From Glaucostegus cemiculus (taxonomy: Eukaryota): 64,000 nt of DNA. The position numbers and the translations under genes are program-made. Every line of letters starts with the position of its first letter. Position 1 is the first letter of the stretch. Location: assembly GCA_976551045.1 (NCBI GenBank), contig CDPCPM010000010.1, positions 31,620,001 through 31,684,000 of the forward strand. Reading direction: 5' to 3'. Positions 50,072 to 62,000 of this stretch are shown one piece after another. The notes beneath the pieces are model-generated. The model searched no databases, had not been told where the DNA came from, and was given only the letters and a program-made list of their open reading frames with translations.

Positions 50072-53000
50072 GTAAGTGCTTTCTCTCCACCCATAACCAC
50101 ACGTTGCTTTACTTTATCATTGTCCGTGTGAACTCACATCCCATTGTCACACTCGCTTTCCTCTCCAAGTCCCTGAATGTGCTGCGTCCTCACAAATCCA
50201 TGCCACCGTTGCTGGAGCGCCAGTTCTGTGCCCCTCCAGTCAGGATCCTCCCCTCCTACTGCACCGACACGGCTCTTACCACAGTCAGGAGTGACATCCC
50301 GTGAGCCTGGTGCAGAGGGAAGCTCTCCCTCCTCACCCTGCCCAGCCTGTCTGCAGCCTCTGACACGGTTGTCCACACCATCCTCCTCCAACATCTCCCC
50401 AACACAGTGCAGCCGGGTGGAACTGCCCTCGACTCATCGATCCAGTCGCGGCCCCAGAATCACCTGCACCCTCTCCACTTCCCCCTCCCGCACAGTTCCC
50501 TCCGGCTCCCTCCGACAAACTATCCCGGGACCCTCCTGTTTCCCATCCTCACGCTGCCCTTCGGTGACACCAACCGAAATTTGACCGCTGCTTCCACTCG
50601 TTCACGGTGGGCACCACCTCGACATCTCCACCCCCTCCCTCGGCCCCGCCACCGTCTCCAAATTCCCAGCATGAATGTGGGACGCCCGGTCCAGGATGAG
50701 CAGAAATCACACTCCCCCAGCCACACCCCCACCAACACCACCCCACCCACCCCCCACCAAACCAATCCCGTGAAGCCTTAACCCACTGTCGCCAGTCCCG
50801 TCACATCTCTCTCCCCGGCCACCGACTCTACCCGTCTCCCGCAACTGCCTGAGACTGACCAGACCGGTAGCAGCCACGGAATGTCAACACCTACAAAATT
50901 AGTGATAGCAGAGCTGGGATGAAGGAAATGTGTTTGAAATATTAATTCCTTCATTGTTCCTCTCTCCGACAGAAAACAGACATCAAATTTATTTCTTGCA
51001 TGAAGGAGAGGACGTTGTGTTAAAAGCACCAGCCAATCCTGGGAATGGCCCTGTTGTCTGGGAATGGAAACCCCACTCGGGGCAGGACATCCAGCGGTTG
51101 GCGACTTTCAGCAGACGGGACTGGGGAGAGTGGAGCGTACAGTGGAACTACGATTGGAGAAAGAGTGGCTGGTACCAGGAGCTGGGTGTGGAGAGTGGTA
51201 CTGTCAATCTGAGAATTAGCAGACCCACCTTTAAATTTGCGGGATTGTTCACTTTGACTCAAACACAGCCGAAGAAGCAAATTCTGAAACAATACGAGAT
51301 ATTTGGGATCAAAGGTGAGTGGCTCCGACAACGATCAATTATGTGTTTGTAGATATTTTCACGTAAAAAGATGAACGATACTGTGAACCGTGAGATTTCT
51401 TTCACCCAGGGAAGAGAGAATCTCCCATTAAAACAACCAGGGGAAAGATGCGTTAAGTCACGTCGTCGAATTTGTTGTCATACGCACCAGTAATTGTCTG
51501 CACAGGGGCAGTGATAAACGTGTTTGCAGCAGCATTACAGGCACATGGTACTGAGGTACAACTCTCAGCAGAGAAACACAAATTAAACATAAACTGTATA
51601 CAAAATGTGCAAGAAAGAAAACATTTAGGGCCCAAAGCAAATTTGAATGTGGTGCAAAATGGCCATAGTGTTACTGCACTGTGACAAGGATTAGGCGTTC
51701 TGAAACTAAATGGTTGAAGGGAAAATAGCTGTTCTTAAGCTGTTCTTGAACCTGGTGGTGTGGGACCTCAGGCTTCTCTACTTCCTGCCCACTATTAGCT
51801 GTTGATGTGTTGTGATGGTTGGCAAATTGAAACAGATCCAGGTCATCTCTGAGGCAGAAGTTGACTTGCACCATAATTAAACTTTCAAAGCACCTTATTA
51901 CAGTTGATGTAATCACTTCCAAACAGCAGTCATTCAGGCAGTTCACCATGCTCTTCTTGGGCACTGGTACAATCCATGTCTTTTTGAAGCAGCTGGGGAC
52001 CTCAGACAATAGAAATGAGAGTTTGAATATGTCCGTAACTACTTCAGCCCGTTTGTCCACACTGGTCATGTATGCCATCTGGACCAAACGCTTTACATGG
52101 GTTCATCCGCTTGACGTATGCCTGGATATTGAGACTGAGATTACAGAGTCATTGCAGGGATGTGGGTGTGTCATTGTTCTCCCTATCAAAGCACGCAATA
52201 AAAGGCATTGAGCTCATCGGGGAGTGATGGATCATTGTCACTCATGCCACCCAGTCTTACCTTGGAGGCAGTAATATTGTGCAGGCCCTGCCACAGCTGT
52301 AGAGCATCCATCTGTGAATTCAGTTTAGACTGAAATTGCCTCTTTGCACATACAATAGTCTTCCCAAAGTTGTACCTGGATTTCTTGTATGACTCCGGGT
52401 CACCAGCCCCAAACTCAACATATCAAGGCCTCAGCACTTTATGAATCTGCTGGTTCATCCAAGGCTTCCGATTAGGGAAGACTTGGAATGTTTATGTGGG
52501 TTTACACTCACCCTCACGCATCCTTCTGAATTCTGTGGCCACTGCAACATTTTCATTTAGGTCGACTAACAAATCCTCTACATGGTCCAGCCACTGACTT
52601 GAAGCTATCTTGAATTGTTCCAATGATTCTTGATCATTTCTTGTCAAATGGTTGACATAAGTAGAAGTAATTTGATTATTTCAACAGGAATTGCGAGCAA
52701 TGTACTGCACAGTGAGTATTATGGTCTGCTCACTGGCCCACTGGAATGTGGACTGAATCCTGTTGTGAAACCCTGAGATGATTTGTGGCAATAAACCTCA
52801 GCACAGAGGGCCAGGGGTGAGATAGGACAGTGACACTGCTGCTCAGTGTTGGTCGAGATCCCAGAGGAAGTCCATCGTCTGTGGAATTGTAACTCTGCCA
52901 GAGAGTTCACACCTTGAGGGGAGTTGGGGAGACGTATCAAGGAAAAAATAGAAAAAAAGATATCAAATTAGTTACATTTAAAACTCATTAGCCTTCATAA

Positions 53001-56000
53001 ATCAGATTCACACGGCTGAGTCTTGCAGGTTCCACCAGCAGTCCCGCGTGACTGTGAACAAGTTAAAGACTTCCATCCGCACGTTTCCGGGTGTGGAATT
53101 CCCTGATTTGCTGACAATTCAGGCAGGTGAATCTGCTGCGCTCTACAGGGAGTCCCGTGGTGGAACAGGAATACGCTGATATTCCCTGGCACTGACAGAG
53201 GGAACACTGCTGATGGATCCGGTGCCCGGTTGAAGCTGGTGCAGGATCCGCGAGGTAACTCGTTTCACTGGAGGATTTACAGCGGCGAGAAGCGCAGGGC
53301 GGAAAGAGGGAAGTGACACGGTTCTGTCTGTGTCCGTTTGCGATAATGCTTCTAATTATTAAAACATATTCATAAGTGTAATCATTTATCATTCATAATA
53401 ACCCATTAATTTTGGAAGTTATCTTAAGTGACCTCATTTTTAATGATTTTGCATAGTTAGTCCCTTTCAGAACCATTCCAGCAGTTTAAGAGCATTAACG
53501 GAGGGGAAACCTGGGGATGGGGCTTCACCTCCTGGAGATGATTCTCCACAGTTGTAGATGCAGGGCTGTTTCTGTCACACACCCCAGACCCAAGAATATC
53601 AGGCAAGCCCCCAGCACCAGACAAGGCGTCATCAACTGGCTTCAGGATGCTCTAGGCCAATGTTTCGCCTTATGAAACCAACCCAGGTGAATGCAGGACC
53701 CTGGGGAATCCGAACTGTGAGTGCGGGAGGTGCCGCCCTCAGCACAGCCCAGGCCAATACCGTCTGAACACCAGGGCTGGGGCTGAATTGCGACTATAGC
53801 GGGAGGCTGGGCAAGCTAGGACTTTATTCAATGGAGCACAGTCGATGGAGGGACCGTATAGAGGTGCATAAACCATGAGGGACATTGATAGGGAGAATAC
53901 ATACTGTCTATTTCTTAGAAAAGGGGAATAGATGCCTGCCACCAGCTCGTTCACTTTAAAACTATTTATTTAACTTGCCGTATTTAATTTAAACTTCCGT
54001 AGTTTTAGTGGTTTTTTTTGTTCAGTGTGTCTGTGTGTCTCTGCTGTTTGTTATTTAATGGGACGTGCATCTGAGGAGGACGGTATCTCGCTCCTACGCA
54101 TACTATGTATGTATATGGTTGCGACAATAAAACTGGTTCTGATTCTGATTCTAGAAAATAAAAACTAGTGGGCACAGGGTTAAAGTGAGAGGGAAAAGAT
54201 TTAAAAGCGACGTGAGGGCCAACTTCTTCAGCCTGGATGTGAAGCAGATGTGGAAGTGTTTGAGGCATGTGCATTGAAGCAGTTGATCAGGAAAGTCTCG
54301 AGGAATATGGGCTAAACGCGGGCAAATTGGACAAGCTCAGAGCGGCATTTTGGTCAGCATGGGTCGACTTCGGCCAAAGGGCCTCTGACACCGGAAAGTT
54401 AAGTTACTTCACACAGTCTGGGGTTTGGTTATTTCTTGCCGTGTTCCAGGAGGGACTGAAAGTCGTTTGGAGAACCAGCCTCTCCTGAAGAGCCGATCCT
54501 CACGGAGGCTCAATGATTGGAGCCCTGATCAGGTGCATTTTGGCAGCTCACTCATTTAAATAACTTCTGGGACTTAATGACCTGTAATGTGGGTTTTGTG
54601 CACAGGCTCCAGTGCATATGTCGGGTGGTGTTGCGGAAGTGAGCTGGCACATTGACCACAAAGTCGGACTGGTGCCTTCTCCAGGTCTAATAATGCAGCC
54701 GCTGCACTTCCAGTGCACACAGCTCTGGTGAGATTCCATCACCTGCCCACTGTGTTGTCAACAGCCACAAACACCCTGCAAGCCGTGTGTCCCTGAGTTG
54801 AACCCTGACAGTGCAGCAGGTGCAGGGGCTCTGCTCTGCCCCACTGACCCTGGTGAAGTCAGCTCACGAGAATCTGACCGAACTGTGTTATTCTATGTCT
54901 TGAATGCACATATGTGTCATCAGTCTGACTCACTCACTCAGCAGGGTAGAAGTGCTGATAATGGGCAGATCCTAAAGTCAATGTTGACCCAATCATTAGA
55001 CTTTTCACGTCACCACTCTGAATCTCGTTGGTCTGTTTCTCACAGTTGAGGCAAGTCCACAGCGGCCTGTGGTGGGCAGTGACGTCACCCTCAGCTGTAC
55101 CATCTCCAGACTCCTAGATACCGTCAGTCTTCAGTGGGAACCAAAGGACTCGTCCCAGCAGAACAGGAGGGATACTGATCAGATCCGCCTGAATAACACG
55201 GTCTATCTGATGGTCCGACACGTTACAGTGGAGGATGGGAAGTTGCATGTGTGTCAAGCGCGGGAAAACGGAGATATTGTACGCACAATAGAAGCAGATT
55301 TTACTGTTGGTACAGGTAAGTGTCACCAAACATTAGATACTAAAGAGGCACTTGCATCATCAGTGGTTCGTGTAATGTTGGGTGTGCGCCCCTTGGAAGT
55401 TTGTAATCCGTGATTAACTGCTGACCTGTATAAATTTCAGTATTACTGAGAGCGAGATCTCCATAAAGTGTCTTTGTGGAGCAGCTGCATGGTTGTCTCT
55501 GTGTGACAGCACAGGAAGGAGCGTCTTCTGTGATATTTGATCATTAAATTACCTTCGTTTGATGGTTTAACTTACCTTCAATCATCCAGTACCTCAGACT
55601 GAGATCCTGGTAAAGAATCATGTCAAAGTATTATCGAGAGAGTGGAGTCCCCACAACAAGCACCAGCACCTCCTGCTCACACCCAGCACTGGGGGTCAGG
55701 GTGCACACATCAGCTCTGAACAACAAGCCATCCTCTCTCCCTCACTCGCCCTTCCCGCCGAGTCCTGCTGCTGTTTGCAGTGATTCCAGCTGCTGCAGAC
55801 TCAGGCTTCAGACCAGCGCGCAGCTGGGAGCAGGACCAGGGGAAGAGGGAAGGGCAGGGAATCAGTAGGTGCGAATGGGAGAGGGATGGATGGGAAGAAC
55901 GGGAATAAAAGGAAGGTTGGGATGAGTTACGACGAGAGGAAGAAGGCAGCTGGTGGACGGAGGGAAGTGACAGACGTTGTGGGTGAGTGGGGGATGATGA

Positions 56001-59000
56001 TGGTAACATGCTGGGTCTGTGTGAGAGGGAGCGAGAGGGTCAGGAGACGTTCACTAACCTCACGGGGGATGTTGTTAAGATGCCAGACCCGCTCATTCTT
56101 CATGGCAAAACCCACCCCATGAAGATGCCCCTTCTGATTTGCCACTCCAGGAGAGTGTGTTCCCAGCGCCTTGTTCTGTAAGCTCGCCACCTCCTGCTCC
56201 TCATCTCTTGCTCAGTTCGGTCATGTCAGTGTCAGAACATCTGAGTCCCCGGGCGATGGTAGCAGCGCAGTGTTCAGTTCTGTCACTGACAGGGCCGTCC
56301 ATGCCGGTCCTGAGTCCAATTCCCTGGCTTCCTACCGAGGAGCTGGAATCGACCGCCCGAGACTTGTTAGAAAGTGCGAGGGCCGTTCCACGGCAGCTCC
56401 CACGCATTCGGATAAGAGGTTTTTTTTCTAAATGTGGTTGAGAATTTTTCCTCCTTCTCTCTGTCACTGAGCTGTTCTAAGATTCCATCGTGTTCTCCCG
56501 TCTCTGTGATACAGATTTATATTTCAAGAGTTACACCATTTATCGCTCCAGCGTAGATCACAGTGAACTCCACCTGATCTGCTATGATGAATATGTTAAC
56601 TCTAATGCTGTGTGGACCTGGCGCTCACGTCAGCATCAGGACCAGGAGAAAGAAATAGCGTCTGCCACAAGATATCAGCCCATCAGTGTCAGAAGGGCCG
56701 ACTTTGGGAATCGACTAGTGACCTCAGTGAATCGCTTCAATGGAAAGGATTTCAGTGTGAGGATTGTCCCGGTTTTGTTTGAAGACGCCGGAATTTACAA
56801 ATGTTCTCTGGGCTCATACACATTTCCGACCATTGATCTAATCACAGTGAAAGGTAGGAGAAAGGTTTTGTTGTTGCTTTTACCGATGAAGTCACTGTTC
56901 AAAATCTAAATAAACCGCTTGTTTCCACAGTCACAGCTGAACCACCTGATGCAGTGACTGAAGGAGACACCGTCACCCTGACCTGCTCTGTGTCTGACGT
57001 CACTGAACCAGTGAGACTGGTTTGCATCAATGGTGATGGTGAAACTGTTGGAGAAAAGTCACTGAGTGGGGAAGAGAAATCACTGAGTCTGATTGTTCAG
57101 AAAGCTGACAGAGGAGTAAGGAACTGGCGATGGGGTTTGTTTCAGCAAAACATGCTCCGGATTCTGGTCCCGTTCTATCAGGAGCCCAGTGGTAAGTGAC
57201 TCAGGGTTTGCTCTTCGTACTTGGAATCAGGATCACATTTTGATGTCACTTATTGTTCTATTTGCCTGCAGCGACCCCTCCTTTATATCCTGCATGGGTG
57301 GCTCTACCATGGGGCAGTGCCTGGGAATATGGAATAGGAAAGGGTTAGATAGATCTGAGGGCAGGATAAAATGCTGGCACAACATTGTGGGCTGAAGGGC
57401 CTGTACTGTACTGTAATGTTCTATGTTCTATGTTTATTGATCTATGTTCTAATATTAGGGGAACCTTCTTCACCCAGGGATTGGTCAGTACCTGGACTAC
57501 ACTGCCTGAAAGAGTGGTTGACAGCATTTAAGAAATGTGTAGATGAGAACTTGAATTGCCTGGGCACAGAGGGTGATAGACCAAGTGATGAGTGATGGAA
57601 TTAATGTAGAAGAGTGCACATGGGTCAGTGTGCATGTGTTGGGCCAAATGGTCTGTTACCATGCTGTATGATGCTATGATTCTCTGAATCATAACTAACA
57701 ATGTACTAAAGACAAATTATCCAAAGACCGTGACAATCAATCTTCTCTATGCCACTCATAATTTTATAAATCTTGATAAGGTCACCCTTCAGAAAGGAGT
57801 CCCAGCCTATGCAGCTCTCCTACTAACTCAAGACCTCTGTTCCTGGCAACATTCCTGTGAACATTTTCTGTACCATTTCTAGCTTAATCACATTCTTCCT
57901 GTAGTATGGTGACCAGAAATACACACCATATTCCAGTTGTGGTTTCATCAACATTTTGTCCAGCTGTAACATGACACCTTAACTCGTGTACTCAATGTTC
58001 CATTCAATGAAGGAGTAATGAACAACTTACTAAAGACAAATTCTCCGCAGTATTCCCAATGACACAGATCAGATTGAGAAGTTGTCTGATTTTTAACATT
58101 TTTGTTTCATTTCCTCGCAGCAAGTGGGAATTCTATTTACTTTTTCCATGAGGAAGGGAACTTCGTACTGAAGGGGCCGGACAATCCTGGAAATGGCCCC
58201 ATTGTCTTGGAATGGAGGCCACACAGAGGGCAACAAACCACAAAGCGATTGGCCACTCTTCGCAGAGAAGATCAGCGGTGGGCCGTAGAATGGAGTGACG
58301 AGTATAATAAAATGCCTGGCATTTCCCAGAAGATGCATATGGACTGGGGCACCCTTAAAGTGGGAATCAGGAAGCCCACCTTTGAACTCGCGGGACTGTT
58401 CAGCTGGACTCAGACACAGCCTGGTGTGACAATCCTGAGACAGTGGGAGGTATTTGGGATAAAAGGTAAGTTGATCAAGCAGTAGAAAGAATTTAAGTGT
58501 ATGATTATCTCTAACCATTTCTACAAATTCCTAACAGAATGTGAGGATTGTGTCCAATCATTTTGGTCTATAATCCAGCTCAAAATTAATCACTCATTTA
58601 AATCATCCCGGTGGGCAACATTCTTTTTTGCCATTTATTTTGGTCTGTTTGGTACAAACCTTGTTGCAGAGTTGGAGGTGATGGGGCCGAGTTCATGGTT
58701 AGAGCTGAGGGAGGTGGCTCTGCTCTCCCGAATATCTAACAGGAGGAAACTACAGCTCATCCGTGACAAAGTCTCAGATCTGGCAACTGGAATGACAGCA
58801 GAACTGTTCACGTTCAGCAATATCACTCATTGAAATTGACAGTAACTTTGAGATTTCCACACACATGCACGGCTTTATATACAAGTCTGAAGTTGCTGTC
58901 AGTGATACCCAGCTCTCCCATAGGGCAGACTCTTTTACACTCTTCCTCAGTGGGATCATGGGAAGTTAATGAACTGATGAAAATGTGTAGCATTTACAAA

Positions 59001-62000
59001 CTGCTCTCTCTGACAGGTGTAAGATGTGGATTCATCAAATTGTCATTTACATGCTAAGCCAAATTACTGCTCAGATTCCCCGACATAATAAAATATCAGA
59101 AATTGATGGAAAGACTCCGCAAGGCAAGCAGGAAGCATTCGTATCAGTTTCCTGTAAACACCAGTGAAAGAGAGAACTAAAGTAATGCAGGTGGCAGAGA
59201 AATGTTATTGAAACCTGAGGAATTTCTCTGACAGAATGAAGACATGTGGCAGGGCAGGCTTGGTAGCGTAGTGGTCAGTGTAACACAATTCTGGCTGCTG
59301 TCTGTAAGGAGCTTGTACATTCTCCCCATGACTGCTTGTGTTTCCTCTGGGTGCTCTGGTTTCCTCCCACATTCCAAAGATGTGCGGGTTAGGAAGTTGT
59401 GGGCATCCTATGTTGGTGCTGGAAGCTTGATTACACTTGTGGTCTGCCCCCAGAAGCCTCTATGCAAAAGATGCATTTCACTTTGTGTTTTGATGTACAT
59501 GTGAGTAACAAATATATCATATCTTATCTAAAAAGAAAAATGAGATAAGTTCAAGCTATTGTGGCTGTGCAATTTGTTGCTGGTGTGGTTCTGACCTACT
59601 GGTACACACACTGTATAGCGTGAGGATAATGAAAACAAGTAACTCAGACAGTAATGGTTCTTGTGTGGACAGAGAGAAAGAGCATATTTTCTACAGTTGG
59701 CAGACTGAATATTAAGTCCAAAAGGCTGCAACATGTCCAGAGTGAAGATGAGATGTTGTTCCCAGAGCTTGTGTTAGGTCTCCTGGTAACAGTGCAAGAG
59801 GCCACCATGGAGAGATCTGAGTGGGAGTGTGATGGGGAATTCACTGTTGTTGACTGTTTCTCTTTCCGCAGATGCTGCCTGAACTGATGAACTTTTCCAG
59901 CATTGTCTGTGTTTCAATTTTCTAGATTCTTCTTTTATATTTTATTTTGATCCCTCATCTAATACATTGACTTTATGCAAGAGGAATACAATTACCCCAG
60001 GTAAACAAATCAGGGCATAGAGCAGAAAAGAATATAAAGTAATTATGATTTAATTTTCAAAAATTATGCTTATATTTCAGCCACATCTATATTCTTAAGT
60101 TTGTGTTCCAATATATTGAACTCAGTAAACTCTTTGAAATATCAACATTAACTTTGTTTCCCCCATTTCATTTTCTGTCCGTGAGAAGTATTCAAAGTGA
60201 TAGTCAGCACAGCAACACAGTAACATCATATTTCCATCAGGTATCCCCTTAAACTGACCCGACACCAATTGACACTGGGAAAGTGAAATCTGGGATACAA
60301 AGAGGACTCTGTCCTTGTGGGCAGCTTTTTCATGTTCCAAAGTCAAATTTCTGTACTAGGCCATTGTTAGTCAAGAGATGGACGGCACATAGACCATGGG
60401 AGGTTTGAGAGAGGCATTGGGAAGCGGAGATGGTGCTGAGAACTTGCCTGTGGAAGCTGCTCAATTGTTTTGGATGATATTCTCAGGGTGCAGTGGGTAG
60501 ATGAGGGCCAAGGGGGACAGGTGGTCACTACCTGAAAGTGTTGATTACCATCACTGAGCATGGCTGGTCAGCATTCAGCCGACTGTCTGGTTGTGGGAAA
60601 AGGTCAGTACTGCCTGCAGCAGGTCAGGCAGCTTGTGGGGAACTGAACCACACGTCATATGTCTGTTTCCACAGTTGAGGTGGACTCACAGAGACCTGTG
60701 GTGGGCAGTGACATCACCCTCAGTTGCACCATCTCCAAACTCCCAGATGCAGTCGGTCTTCACTGGAAACCAAGAGGCTCATCTCAGCGGAACAGGAGCA
60801 GCAACACCGATCAGATCCACCTGAATAACACCGTCTATCTGATGGTCCGACACGTTGGAGCAGGAAATCCCAATCTGTACACATGGGAAGTGGAGGAAAA
60901 TGGCTCAGTTGTTCTCACTGGAGACACAAGTGTTGAAGTGGATCAGGGTGAGTCTAAAGCAGCCTTGCAGCAGGTATGAAATAGTTGCTGATATCAAACT
61001 GTTCCACATATTGTACAGTGAGCACAAACTCCACCATGGGCTTTCACTGCTGGATGTGGCCATTGCTTTTACCCTGGGCACAGGTGTAAATATAAAATGG
61101 TGGCACTGAGATTGAGGGAGTCACCCAGGTGAACCAATGGATTCAATTCAACTCAGCTGCAGAAATAAAAGGGAATAAATTCCATCAATGGAGAAAAGCA
61201 AATGGTCTTCTAGTCTATAATGGAAAAGGGACATTTTAATTAAAGATACAGATACCGGTGTTACAAGATTAGGGTCTTGGCTCAGGGATTCTTTTGGGTT
61301 GAGTGCTGGAGGTCACTCACTCCAATGATCTGAGTGTCTGATATTTTGGGGGTGTTTGCATCTTCCCAATTATGGTCATATCTCCCCTCTCCCTCTCCCT
61401 CTCCCTCTCCTTCTCCCTCTCTCTCTCCCCTTATTGCAATCTTCTATAAACAATTGTAATAGATAGAGGTGCTCAGTTCAATGATTGCTGACATGGTGTA
61501 ACAGATTGTCTAACATCACTTTGCTGGGGTCTGCATTTGGGGAAGATGGGCTTTGTCACACAGATGGCATTTGAACAATGGTCACCTGGGCCGTCAACCA
61601 GCGTATTCCAGCTCCCAGCCGACTTCCCTCTCCCAGTGAGGCCCTCCCTGCTGACATCCCAGGAACTGAGTGTTTGTCCCCGTGGAAACTCAGACACTCT
61701 GTGGATAGTCGTCTGTATCTCAACATCTATAAAAATCTAATTCTTTGTTCCCTGTCCCTCTCTTGCAGATTTACACAATAAGACATACACAGTTTATCGG
61801 TCAGACAGAGATCACAGTGAACTCGACCTGATTTGTGAGGCTTCTGCTGAGCTCACTGAAACCAAATGGACTTGGAGGTCACAGTTTGTCCAGAATCAAG
61901 AGACGGAAATAGGCTCTACTCACAGATCTGAGCCGATCGATGTTGACAGGAGCTACTTTGAAAATCGACTGGGAATCACAATGGCAAATGTGAATGGCAA

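Noticed and set aside
57192-58120. TM or leader exon between the two four-domain blocks
   Set aside because: The acceptor-like site at ~57271 gives no hydrophobic helix; the rest is mostly LINE 3-prime debris.
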